From Oscillospiraceae bacterium (GTDB taxonomy: Bacteria > Bacillota > Clostridia > Oscillospirales > JAAYXM01), in the NCBI GenBank assembly GCA_015068085.1, contig SVLF01000005.1:3684-67683 (forward strand): a stretch of 64,000 nucleotides of DNA, read 5' to 3'. Below, one piece after another: positions 1 to 8,475 of this stretch (within the stretch, counting starts at the first letter, position 1; each line of letters begins with the position of its first letter). The notes beneath the pieces were generated by a model. It did not search any database and was not told the DNA's origin. It worked only from the letters and a program-made list of their open reading frames with translations. The position numbers and the translations under genes are program-made.

Positions 1-186
1 TTTACAATATATCCGAGCTCGCTTTCGTAGCTTGTCTTGTTGAAATTTTCATACATAAAATCCACCTCATAGCAGTATTATATATAAAAATCGCAGTAAA
101 GTCAATTGTATATTGAATTATGATGTGATACAATAAAAAACATAGTTGAATATACTATATCGATATAATTACAGGAGTTGTTTGAG

Positions 187-1383
187 ATGATAAGTATAGA
201 TAAGGATTATATAATTAGATTAAGACGTGAGATACATATGTATCCCGAGGTTGACTACGATTTGCCGAAAACAGTTGCCTTGGTTAAGCGTGAGCTTGAG
301 AGTATGGGGATTCCATATACCGAAAAGTACGGAAAAGGCAGTGTTGTAGGATACATAAATCCGGATAAAACCGATTTTACCATCGGTATCCGTGCGGATA
401 TGGATGCCCTGAGAATGACCGAGGCAAATGACTGTGAATACCGTTCGCGTCACGACGGAATGATGCATGCCTGCGGTCACGATGCTCATACCGCAATTCT
501 TTTGGGCACGGCAAAGGCACTTAAGGAAATTGAAAACACGCTTTCCTGCCGTGTAAAGCTTGTTTTCCAGCCCAGTGAGGAGGGCGTTACAAGCGGCGCA
601 ATTATGATGATTGAAAACGGCGTTATGGAAGATATCGACATTATGACAGGGCTTCACGTGGGTACTTCTCTGGATGGCGGAAAGCTCGGAGTATGCCCTG
701 GCTTTTCAAGCGCCTCAAGCCGCCATTTTAAGATTGAGATAGGCGGCAAAAGCGTTCACGCAACGGCATATCACAAAGGCATTGATGCTTTGGCAATAGC
801 GGTGAAGATGTATGAAGGACTTCAGTCAATTTTCGCAAACGAGGTTGATCCAAAGGAAAGAGTTGTTTGCCGTGTGACAAAGCTTCATTCCGGCACTGCT
901 CAGAATATTCTTCCAGATTATGCCCTTATGCAGGGAACAATCCGCACTTTCAATGTGCCGTTAAGCGGATTCATCCACGACAGAATGCAGGCACTGGCAA
1001 AGAGCTTATCCGATATGTACGGAGTAGAAATCAAGGTTCACGCACCGCTTAAGTCAACCTGTGTTTACAACAATCCATACCTTTCGGAGATTATGATGAA
1101 AAGTATGGAAAAGGTTGTCGGCAAAGAGAATGTTGTCAAGGTAGAGTATGGTATGGGCTCTGAAGACTTTTCAAGGTTTACCGATATAGTTCCCAGTGTA
1201 TTCTTCCGTCTCGGAATAAGAAACGAAGAAAAGGGAATAACTCAGGTAGCCCATCAGGTCGATTTTCAGGTTGATGAAGATGCACTTATATACGGAGCGA
1301 TGAATTTCGTTCAGTTCGTTCTTGATAATCAAAACGGTGTGGATATAAAAAAGGCAAAAGAAGCAGACGAAAGAGCCATCTGA
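187..1383 (+). CDS. M20D-family amidohydrolase (N-acyl-L-amino-acid amidohydrolase / hippurate hydrolase-like)
   Basis: Long ORF 178..1383 with the metal-ligand motif MHACGHDAH and an M20D-like length. AGGAG (173-177) lies 9 nt before ATG 187, so ATG 187 is preferred over TTG 178. Confidence 0.8.
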   Translation: MISIDKDYIIRLRREIHMYPEVDYDLPKTVALVKRELESMGIPYTEKYGKGSVVGYINPDKTDFTIGIRADMDALRMTEANDCEYRSRHDGMMHACGHDAHTAILLGTAKALKEIENTLSCRVKLVFQPSEEGVTSGAIMMIENGVMEDIDIMTGLHVGTSLDGGKLGVCPGFSSASSRHFKIEIGGKSVHATAYHKGIDALAIAVKMYEGLQSIFANEVDPKERVVCRVTKLHSGTAQNILPDYALMQGTIRTFNVPLSGFIHDRMQALAKSLSDMYGVEIKVHAPLKSTCVYNNPYLSEIMMKSMEKVVGKENVVKVEYGMGSEDFSRFTDIVPSVFFRLGIRNEEKGITQVAHQVDFQVDEDALIYGAMNFVQFVLDNQNGVDIKKAKEADERAI

Positions 1384-1415
1384 ACCTTATTTCCCTAAAA
1401 CTTTTTGCTTCCGAC

Positions 1416-1444
1416 TTGACAAATTTATATAAAGAGTATAAGAT
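1416..1444 (+). promoter_or_regulatory. sigma-A-type promoter candidate (TTGACA-17-TAAGAT)
   Basis: TTGACA 1416-1421, 17-nt spacer, TAAGAT 1439-1444, about 50 nt upstream of ATG 1495. Confidence 0.45.
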
Positions 1445-1494
1445 GATGTTAAAGGATTATTTAGACGACTTACAAAAACTCGAGGTGAGAAGCA

Positions 1495-1653
1495 ATGAGT
1501 GAAGAAATCAGGAACACACCGGAAAAGAACGAAAAGCCTGCGGGGGCGTGTCCGATTTGCGGTTTTATAACGCCGTTTAACCCGGAAGAGGAGGGATTCT
1601 GCTGCCCGGTGTGCGGGGCGCCGTCCGGACAGGTTAAGCCGAGGAAAGTCTAA
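1495..1653 (+). CDS. small zinc-ribbon protein, 52 aa (below the ORF-track length cutoff)
   Basis: My translation is MSEEIRNTPEKNEKPAGACPICGFITPFNPEEEGFCCPVCGAPSGQVKPRKV. It has two CxxC pairs, a GGTGAGA Shine-Dalgarno 5-6 nt upstream, a promoter at 1416-1444 and a strong hairpin right after the stop. Confidence 0.5.
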   Translation: MSEEIRNTPEKNEKPAGACPICGFITPFNPEEEGFCCPVCGAPSGQVKPRKV

Positions 1654-1684
1654 CCCATCAAGCTTTAAAAAGAAAGATAAACGA

Positions 1685-1958
1685 AAAGGGATTGTAGCGA
1701 AATGCATTTTGCTACAATCCCTTTGGGGCTTTAGAAAAATAGTGCAGAATGAGCAAATCGGACCCGAAGTAGTACATAAGTACGTCGAGAGGTCCGATTT
1801 GTTCATAGCATAAAGTGCAACTAAATCCTCAAATTCGGCTTCTGCCGAATTTTCAATTTACATTCAAACTTCATACCATATACTTTTTCGATGTTATCTG
1901 CAAAAAAATATCACTTTTACACTTTATGCGGTCTGGGCTGTTTTGCTACAGCCCCTTT
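1685..1958 (+). repeat. 274-bp structured intergenic repeat, copy 1 (MITE-like or sRNA-like, multi-hairpin)
   Basis: Near-identical to 50045..50318 in the same orientation. Hairpins: GGGATTGTAGC/GCTACAATCCC (1688-1721), AAATCGGACC/GGTCCGATTT (1755-1800), AAATTCGGC/GCCGAATTT (1831-1852), GGGCTG/CAGCCC (1935-1954). Lies between convergent genes. Confidence 0.85.
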
Positions 1959-1970
1959 TATATGATTCGA

Positions 1971-2654
1971 TTATTTTCTTCTGAGATTTAACAGTCTTAC
2001 AACCACCGGACTGAGAATGATATTGCTTCCAAGCTCGAAAAGGAAGTTAGCACCGACAAGTACAAAGATCATATAGTAGGCAACTCCTCCGCCGAGACCT
2101 GCTGCAGCTGCCCAGCCGGCAACCGTGTCCATAAAGAACAGCAGACAGCCGATGAGAAAGATACCGGTGTTTACAAGCGGGCAGACAATTGCCGCAACAA
2201 GCACGGCTATGTACCTGTTGTTTCTTGAAATAAACTTAAGTACTCCCGGCGTGCAAGCGTCGCAAAGTCCATACTCTTTTTTGATACGCCCGATAAGCTT
2301 TTCGGAACGTTTGTCAAGAAGCGCGAGAACGCCCTTGTAGGCAAGACCTGCAAAAAGTCCGCAGGCTGTGCCTTTTGCGAGAACGGTGATGATTGTTCCG
2401 GCAACGTTGACGACGAGAAAAGCCGCCGCGTCTCCGCTTATCAGAACCGTCACGCCGAACACCAATCCAAGCCAGGCAGCAATGCCGACGCCGCACGTTG
2501 CCGCACCGATGACAATCGGTATGAGCACGAGCGAGATGGAAAACGGGCCCAATTTGATGAACGCGCCCATCATCTGCAGGATGATGACAAGTGCCGTCAG
2601 AATTGCGCCGAGTACCATAGTCTCGGTTGACATTCCTTTTTTAGTCTTTTGCAT
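1971..2654 (-). CDS. ECF-transporter S-component-like membrane protein (possibly vitamin/pantothenate-specific, given the coaX neighbour)
   Basis: Multi-TM ORF directly downstream of coaX on the same strand. GGAGGA precedes the internal ATG at 2654 (MQKTKKG...), so the start is trimmed from 2693. The family assignment is by general resemblance only. Confidence 0.5.
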   Translation of the reverse strand: MQKTKKGMSTETMVLGAILTALVIILQMMGAFIKLGPFSISLVLIPIVIGAATCGVGIAAWLGLVFGVTVLISGDAAAFLVVNVAGTIITVLAKGTACGLFAGLAYKGVLALLDKRSEKLIGRIKKEYGLCDACTPGVLKFISRNNRYIAVLVAAIVCPLVNTGIFLIGCLLFFMDTVAGWAAAAGLGGGVAYYMIFVLVGANFLFELGSNIILSPVVVRLLNLRRK

Positions 2655-2746
2655 AATAATTCCTCCTTGCTGTCGTTCACAAAAGTGATACAACGCATTG
2701 AAATTTATTTATATTATCTCCTTGCGGAGCAATATACAAAAGCAGT

Positions 2747-3511
2747 TTATTTATTTTTCTTGTAAAGGATATTAAGACCTTTCAGGATAAGGTCGCGGTC
2801 AAGTGTGATATCATGCTTGCAATGGGGAACAATCGTATGGGAAAGCCCGCCCGTTGCATACACGGGAAGCTCCTTGCCAATTTCATCGCAGAAGCGGTCA
2901 ATCATTCCGTCAATCATAGCGGCATTTCCGAAAACAACACCGGAGCGCATACAGTCCACCGTGTTTTTACCGATTACGGACTTCGGTGCCTCAAGGCTTA
3001 TCTGCGGAAGCTGGGCTGTGCCGCTTGCAAGAGCGGAAAGCGCAATGTGTACACCCGGAATGATGGAAAGTCCGGAGAAGGTTCCGGAATCCTCCATAAT
3101 CATAATCTTAGTTGCAGTGCCCATATCAACGATAAGCGACGGACTGCCGTATATATGATGCGTCGCAACGCACGCGCAGATGAGGTCGGCACCCACGGAT
3201 GCGGGATTGTCACAGTGAATGTTGATGCCGGTTTTTATACCGGGACCGACCATTAGCGGTGTTGTGCAGTAAGCAATCTCAATTGCGCGCTTCATAACTG
3301 AATTGAGCGGTGGGACAACAGAGGAAATTATCGCACCGTTTACAGCCTCTTTGTCAACGCAGTGAAGCTTTAATATGCTGTGGATTTTCGTTGCATATTC
3401 ATCCTCGGTCTTCTTTGCGTTTGTAGCAATGCGCGCAACAAAGCATAAGGTATCGTTTTCAAACCCGCCGATGACGATGTTTGTGTTGCCTATATCTATT
3501 GCAAGTATCAT
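2747..3511 (-). CDS. coaX: type III pantothenate kinase
   Basis: N-terminus MILAIDIGNTN... and length are typical of CoaX (Bvg accessory factor family). The start is trimmed to ATG 3511, preceded by GGAAGGGA. Confidence 0.85.
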   Translation of the reverse strand: MILAIDIGNTNIVIGGFENDTLCFVARIATNAKKTEDEYATKIHSILKLHCVDKEAVNGAIISSVVPPLNSVMKRAIEIAYCTTPLMVGPGIKTGINIHCDNPASVGADLICACVATHHIYGSPSLIVDMGTATKIMIMEDSGTFSGLSIIPGVHIALSALASGTAQLPQISLEAPKSVIGKNTVDCMRSGVVFGNAAMIDGMIDRFCDEIGKELPVYATGGLSHTIVPHCKHDITLDRDLILKGLNILYKKNK

Positions 3512-3559
3512 AATAAAATCCCTTCCGAAACGGCGAATCTGCCGTATTTTCCCACCTTT

Positions 3560-3589
3560 AGTATAATCCCGGTAAAGCCGTTTTGTCAA
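3560..3589 (-). promoter_or_regulatory. sigma-A-type promoter candidate for coaX (TTGACA-18-TATACT on the minus strand)
   Basis: Reverse complement of 3584-3589 is TTGACA and of 3560-3565 is TATACT, with an 18-nt spacer. Confidence 0.4.
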
Positions 3590-3626
3590 GCGGAAAGTGA
3601 GAAACGGGAGAAAATCTCTTTTTTCG

Positions 3627-3655
3627 TTGACATTTTGTGAGGTTTGGGATAAGAT
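3627..3655 (+). promoter_or_regulatory. sigma-A-type promoter candidate (TTGACA-17-TAAGAT) for the PNP gene
   Basis: TTGACA 3627-3632, 17-nt spacer, TAAGAT 3650-3655; divergent from the coaX promoter. Confidence 0.45.
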
Positions 3656-3686
3656 ATACTTATAATATAAAGAAAGGGCTATAGTG

Positions 3687-4520
3687 ATGTGCGATATATA
3701 TAAAAAGCTTATTTCGGCAAGGGATTATGTTCGCGGCAAAGTGAATTTTATTCCGGAAATTGCGATAGTTCTCGGTTCCGGGCTCGGCGGGCTTGCCGAT
3801 GAGATAGAATGTGTCGGAAGTGTGCAATACAGCGACATTCCGGCTTTTCCTGTATCCACCGTTGCGGGACATAAGGGGAGATTTGTGTTCGGGCATCTTG
3901 AGGGTGTTCCGGTTGTTGCAATGCAGGGAAGAGTTCATTTCTATGAGGGATATGACATACACGATGTCGTAGCGCCTGTTCGTATTATGGGACTTTTAGG
4001 TGCGAAGAAGCTTATTCTCACAAACGCGGCGGGGGGTATAAACCAAGGGTTTGCGCAAGGTGCGCTTATGATGATAACGGATCACATATCAAGCCTTGTT
4101 CTGTCACCGCTTACCGGCAGAAATATTGATGAGCTCGGTGTCCGTTTTCCGGATATGAGCGAGGTGTATTCAAAGCGGTTCCGCGATGCCGTAAGGGCTT
4201 GTGCAGAGAAGCTTTCTATAGATATAAAAGAGGGAGTGTATATCCAGACCTCCGGACCTAATTATGAAACGCCTGCAGAAATCCGCGCGTATGAACGGAT
4301 GGGTGCAGATGCCGTCGGAATGAGCACTGCGGTTGAGGCAATGGCGGCGCGGCATATGGGGATGGAGCTTTGCGGCATAAGCTGCATAACGAATATGGCG
4401 GCGGGGCTCAGTCCGCGTCCGCTCACTCACGAGGAGGTCAAGGAAACTGCAGACCGCGTAAGCCGCGATTTTAAGGCGCTTGTGCGTGCAATAGTGTCGG
4501 AAATAAGTAAAATAGGTTGA
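3687..4520 (+). CDS. punA: purine nucleoside phosphorylase (PNP family 2, PunA-type)
   Basis: Motifs VLGSGLGGLAD, GHKGRFVFG, and NAAGG / MSTAVE regions typical of trimeric PNP. ATG 3687 follows GAAAGGG. Confidence 0.8.
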   Translation: MCDIYKKLISARDYVRGKVNFIPEIAIVLGSGLGGLADEIECVGSVQYSDIPAFPVSTVAGHKGRFVFGHLEGVPVVAMQGRVHFYEGYDIHDVVAPVRIMGLLGAKKLILTNAAGGINQGFAQGALMMITDHISSLVLSPLTGRNIDELGVRFPDMSEVYSKRFRDAVRACAEKLSIDIKEGVYIQTSGPNYETPAEIRAYERMGADAVGMSTAVEAMAARHMGMELCGISCITNMAAGLSPRPLTHEEVKETADRVSRDFKALVRAIVSEISKIG

Positions 4521-4576
4521 ATAAGGCACAAGAATATGGTAGAATAAAATATATTCATAAAAAAGGGTGCATTCTG

Positions 4577-5659
4577 ATGAATATTGAAGGCATTTGCAGA
4601 ACATTTTGCATACGCGGTGAGATTGTTGCGTGTGACGTTATAAAAAGCGGAAACATAAATGATACGTTCAAGGTAACCTTTCGCGACGGTGAGGAAAAAA
4701 ACTGCTATATAGTCCAGCAGATTAACACATATGTTTTCCGTGAACCGCAGAAAATGATGGAAAACATCTCGCGGGTTACTGATCATATTGCGTTAAAGCT
4801 CGGCAACGGGTGCGAGCGTATGGTGCTTAAGTTTTTAAAGACGGAAAAAGGAGATAGCTGTTTCTTTGATGATGAAGGAAAGTGCTGGCGGGCGTATCGG
4901 TTTATCGATAATTCCGTAACCTTTAACTCGTGCGAGGATCTCGAGATTCTTTATCAGGCGGGCTTGGCATTCGGACGCTTTCAGATGGAGCTCCGCGATT
5001 TTGATGCGTCGGGGCTTTATGAGACCATTCCGGATTTTCACGATACCGAGAAGCGTATGAACACTCTCCTTTCACACGTTGATGAAGACCCGCTTGACAG
5101 AGCGCGTGATGCCGGGGATGAGATTTCGTTCTTCCGCGAGAATCTTGACAGGGCGGTAAAGCTTACGAGAATGCAGAAGCAGGGACTTTTGCCGCTTCGT
5201 GTTACGCACAACGATACAAAGTGTAACAATGTTTTGTTTGATACGGAAACGAAAGCAGCCCTTGCGGTAATAGATCTTGATACGGTTATGCCGGGGCTTG
5301 CTCTCCACGACTACGGCGATGCAGTCCGTTTCTCGGCAAACACCGCAGAGGAGGACGAGCCGGACACATCCAAAATCGCGCTTGACAACGGGAAGTTCCG
5401 CGCATTCACGGAAGGCTTTCTCTCGGCCTGCGGCAATGTTTTGACCGAGCGGGAGAAGGAGAATCTTGTAGACAGCGTAATTGTGATAACGATGGAGCTT
5501 GCGGGAAGATTCCTTGACGATTATCTCACGGGAGATAAATATTTCAAGACGGATTATCCGGGACACAATCTCGTCCGTACCCGTGCGCAGGTAACTCTTG
5601 CACGGGATATCATCGCAAGATATGACGAGCTTAATTTGATAGTAAAAGAAATACTATAA
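4577..5659 (+). CDS. APH-fold phosphotransferase, possibly a sugar 1-kinase (NahK-like)
   Basis: Catalytic-loop-like HNDTKCNNVLFD followed by IDLD, as in the aminoglycoside phosphotransferase/kinase fold. Start trimmed to ATG 4577 after AAGGGTG. The NahK-like idea comes from motif memory only. Confidence 0.55.
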   Translation: MNIEGICRTFCIRGEIVACDVIKSGNINDTFKVTFRDGEEKNCYIVQQINTYVFREPQKMMENISRVTDHIALKLGNGCERMVLKFLKTEKGDSCFFDDEGKCWRAYRFIDNSVTFNSCEDLEILYQAGLAFGRFQMELRDFDASGLYETIPDFHDTEKRMNTLLSHVDEDPLDRARDAGDEISFFRENLDRAVKLTRMQKQGLLPLRVTHNDTKCNNVLFDTETKAALAVIDLDTVMPGLALHDYGDAVRFSANTAEEDEPDTSKIALDNGKFRAFTEGFLSACGNVLTEREKENLVDSVIVITMELAGRFLDDYLTGDKYFKTDYPGHNLVRTRAQVTLARDIIARYDELNLIVKEIL

Positions 5660-5684
5660 ATAACAAAAAGGAAGGTAGAAACAA

Positions 5685-6485
5685 ATGGGATTTTTAACAG
5701 GTAAAACAGTAATCATCACAGGCGCAGGACGCGCAGTGCTCTCTGACGGAAGATGCGGCTCTATCGGCTACGGTATTGCAACCGCATATGCAAAAGAGGG
5801 CGCAAACATCGTTATAACGGGAAGGAACGTAAAGAAGCTTGAGGATGCAAAGGCAGAGCTTGAAAAGCTTTACGGCATCAAGGTGCTTATTCTTCAGGCG
5901 GATATCGCATCCGGTACGGACAACGAAGCCACCGTAAAGAAGGTTGTTGACGAAACAATGAAGGAGTTCGGGCGCATTGACGTGCTTATCAACAACGCTC
6001 AGGCATCTGCTTCCGGTGTTCCGCTTGCAGAGCATACGACAGAGCAGTTTGACCTCGCAATGTACTCCGGTCTTTATGCAACCTTCTATTATATGAAGGC
6101 GTGCTATCCGCACCTTAAAGAGACAAAGGGCTCGGTAATTAACTTTGCCTCCGGCGCAGGTCTTTTCGGAAACTTCGGTCAGTGTGCATACGCCGCTGCA
6201 AAGGAAGGCATCCGCGGTCTTACCCGCGTTGCCGCAACGGAGTGGGGCAAGGACGGAATAAACGTAAATATCGTTTGCCCGCTTGCATGGACGGCTCAGC
6301 TTGAGCAGTTTAAGAATGCATATCCCGATGCGTTTGACAAAAACGTTCATATGCCGCCGATGGGACACTTCGGCGATGCAGAGCTTGAAATCGGACGCGT
6401 ATGCGTACAGCTTGCACATCCGGACTTCAAGTATATGACGGGCGAAACCCTCACACTTGAGGGCGGTCTCGGTCAGCGCCCGTAA
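5685..6485 (+). CDS. SDR-family oxidoreductase
   Basis: TGAGRA...GIG Rossmann motif, NNAQ, and YAAAK catalytic Tyr-x3-Lys. Confidence 0.85.
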   Translation: MGFLTGKTVIITGAGRAVLSDGRCGSIGYGIATAYAKEGANIVITGRNVKKLEDAKAELEKLYGIKVLILQADIASGTDNEATVKKVVDETMKEFGRIDVLINNAQASASGVPLAEHTTEQFDLAMYSGLYATFYYMKACYPHLKETKGSVINFASGAGLFGNFGQCAYAAAKEGIRGLTRVAATEWGKDGINVNIVCPLAWTAQLEQFKNAYPDAFDKNVHMPPMGHFGDAELEIGRVCVQLAHPDFKYMTGETLTLEGGLGQRP

Positions 6486-6491
6486 AGATAC

Positions 6492-6537
6492 GAATAAATC
6501 ACTGCCGCCGCGGGAAAATCCCCGCGGCGGTTTTGTG
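6492..6537 (+). repeat. left copy of a ~46-bp direct repeat (includes a terminator hairpin) flanking the AAA+ ATPase gene
   Basis: GAATAAATCACTGCCGCCGCGGGAAAATCCCCGCGGCGGTTTTGTG versus 7952..7996 GAATAAACCACAACCGCCGCGGGATTTCCCCGCGGCGGTTTTGTG. Confidence 0.75.
6505..6535 (+). terminator. intrinsic terminator after the SDR gene
   Basis: 10-bp GC stem CCGCCGCGGG/CCCGCGGCGG followed by TTTT. Confidence 0.75.
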
Positions 6538-6663
6538 AAAATGTAGCAGATATAAATTCAGGAATGGCGCAACGTATTTGGAATAAAATCATAGAGTTGG
6601 AATATAATATGCACTGAATAAAAAATATTTATTCGCGAAGTTTGTTAAATGCACTGAATAAAC

Positions 6664-6692
6664 TTGACAAAAACTGGGATGTTTGATAAAAT
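6664..6692 (+). promoter_or_regulatory. sigma-A-type promoter candidate (TTGACA-17-TAAAAT)
   Basis: TTGACA 6664-6669, 17-nt spacer, TAAAAT 6687-6692. A 14-bp repeat copy (6649-6662) abuts the -35. Confidence 0.45.
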
Positions 6693-6722
6693 GAATGCAT
6701 AAACTTAAAGGTGGTGTTTTTC

Positions 6723-7913
6723 GTGATAGCAAGAGAAGAATATATGCAGTTGCTTATAGATTTCAAGGATAAAGATTTGATTAAGGTTGTGACGGGAATC
6801 AGACGCTCGGGTAAATCTACTCTGTATGAGCTTTATCGCAACTATCTTCTTGACTGCGGAATTTCGGAGAAACAGATTATTGCGATAAACTTTGAGGATC
6901 CCGAGTATGCAGATATTCGTGAAAGCAACTGTTTATATGAATATGTTAATGAAAAACTGTTGCCGGATAAAATGAACTATGTCTTTTTGGATGAGGTCCA
7001 GAAGGTAACGGAGTTTCAGGAGGCATGCGACGGATTGTATATAAAGAAAAATGTGGATTTATATATAACAGGCTCAAATGCGAACATCCTTTCCGGTGAG
7101 CTTGCGACTCTTCTTTCCGGAAGATATGTCGAAATAAAAATGCAACCGCTTTCGTTTAAAGAATATATAACTGCGTTGGGAGATAAAACAGACCTTGTGC
7201 GAAAATACAGAGAGTATATAGAAAACGGCTCTTTCCCGTATATACTTGAGTTATCGGGGAAAAAAGCAAAAAACATATATCTTGAGGGGATATACAACTC
7301 TGTTGTTCTGAAAGATATTGTTGCAAGAAAGAAGATAATGGATGTCCCTATGCTTGAAAATGTGATACGATTCATATTTGACAATATCGGAAATCCAACC
7401 TCGGCTACGAAAATATCAAATGCACTTGCATCGTCAAGAGGCAAGGTGTCTGTGAACACCGTCGAGAACTATCTGAAAGCTTTGCAGGAAAGCTTTATAA
7501 TATATAAAGCTGAAAGATATGATATAAAAGGTAAACAGCTTCTTGAAACAGGCGGAAAGTATTATGTTGCCGACATTGGATTGAGATATTTCCTTCTCGG
7601 GACGAAAAGAGCAGACCGCGGACATATTTTAGAAAATATCGTTTACCTTGAACTTTTAAGACGGGGATATGAGGTTTATGTTGGGAAAATAGGCAATGTT
7701 GAAGTGGATTTTATCGCAATCAATGATGAAGGATGTGAGTATTATCAAGTAGCATATCGTGTTGATGACGAAGAAGTTTTGGAACGAGAGCTTAAGCCGC
7801 TTGACAGTATACCGGATCACAACCCTAAATTCTTGCTCACAATGGATGAAGAGCCGATGACCTCGCACAACGGAATAAAGCAAATTAATGTTCTGGACTG
7901 GCTTTTGAAATAA
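6723..7913 (+). CDS. AAA+ ATPase of the DUF4143-containing family
   Basis: N-terminus M-IAREEYMQLLIDFKDKDLIKVVTGIRRSGKST (Walker A) and LDEVQ (Walker B) match the stand-alone AAA+/DUF4143 layout. GTG 6723 sits 6 nt after AAAGGTGGTG. Confidence 0.7.
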   Translation: MIAREEYMQLLIDFKDKDLIKVVTGIRRSGKSTLYELYRNYLLDCGISEKQIIAINFEDPEYADIRESNCLYEYVNEKLLPDKMNYVFLDEVQKVTEFQEACDGLYIKKNVDLYITGSNANILSGELATLLSGRYVEIKMQPLSFKEYITALGDKTDLVRKYREYIENGSFPYILELSGKKAKNIYLEGIYNSVVLKDIVARKKIMDVPMLENVIRFIFDNIGNPTSATKISNALASSRGKVSVNTVENYLKALQESFIIYKAERYDIKGKQLLETGGKYYVADIGLRYFLLGTKRADRGHILENIVYLELLRRGYEVYVGKIGNVEVDFIAINDEGCEYYQVAYRVDDEEVLERELKPLDSIPDHNPKFLLTMDEEPMTSHNGIKQINVLDWLLK

Positions 7914-7951
7914 GAAATAAAAAGATTTGCGTTATGAAAAATCAGTACACT

Positions 7952-7996
7952 GAATAAACCACAACCGCCGCGGGATTTCCCCGCGGCGGTTTTGTG
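7952..7996 (+). repeat. right copy of the ~46-bp direct repeat flanking the AAA+ ATPase gene
   Basis: See 6492..6537; about 39 of 46 positions identical by eye. Confidence 0.75.
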
Positions 7997-7999
7997 GTT
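7957..7999. terminator. bidirectional intrinsic terminator between the ATPase (+) and fucU (-)
   Basis: Extended stem AACCACAA-CCGCCGCGGG / CCCGCGGCGG-TTTTGTGGTT, with an A-tract upstream and a T-tract downstream. Confidence 0.7.
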
Positions 8000-8012
8000 G
8001 TGTGTAAGTTTT

Positions 8013-8453
8013 TTACGGTGTGACAACGCCTTTTTGAAGCAGAATGTTTGCGTAAAGCGCGGTTTCGCCGGTTGCGACTATTGCGTATGCTTCTTCAGCT
8101 TCGCGGTAAAACTCAAAGCGCTCAATCTCGCCGATGGCATCGGCACCACGAGAGTCGTGGCGCTTCACAATCTCGCAGTACTCATCCCAGATGGGTGTCT
8201 CAACGTCATCACCCGGCATAACCTGCATAAGATTTACCGGCTTGTCAACATAGGTGTCGAGCGGGAAGAGCGTGAGAATGGCATCAAGCAGCTCGCACGC
8301 ACCGTGACCGTCGGCTCGGATTACAATTGCATCTTTTCCGAGTGCTTCGGCTGGGAAATTACCGTCGGCAATTACGATGCGGTCGCTGTGTCCCATTTCA
8401 CAGAGAACCTTTAAAAGCTCGGGGGAAAGAATTGGCGGGATGTTTTTTAACAT
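8013..8453 (-). CDS. fucU: L-fucose mutarotase (RbsD/FucU family)
   Basis: Product MLKNIPPILSPELLKVLCEMGHSDRIVIADGNFP... is typical FucU and about 146 aa long. ATG 8453 is preceded by GGAG. The longer ORF to 8633 overlaps the araC gene and is rejected. Confidence 0.8.
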   Translation of the reverse strand: MLKNIPPILSPELLKVLCEMGHSDRIVIADGNFPAEALGKDAIVIRADGHGACELLDAILTLFPLDTYVDKPVNLMQVMPGDDVETPIWDEYCEIVKRHDSRGADAIGEIERFEFYREAEEAYAIVATGETALYANILLQKGVVTP

Positions 8454-8475
8454 ATGTATCGTCTCCTTATGAAAA

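Noticed and set aside
2-52. A 16-codon minus-strand micro-ORF (MKISTRQATKASSDIL) with a strong GAGGTGGA SD at the window edge.
   Set aside because: It is too short and at the window boundary, so its context (leader peptide versus chance) cannot be judged and I have no conservation evidence.
1387-1806. ORF-track entries crossing the repeat copies (1387..1806 minus, 49760..50173 plus) as possible genes carried by the element.
   Set aside because: They lie on opposite strands in the two copies and run far outside the repeat. The copies also differ by frame-breaking 1-nt indels, and the region is dominated by hairpins.
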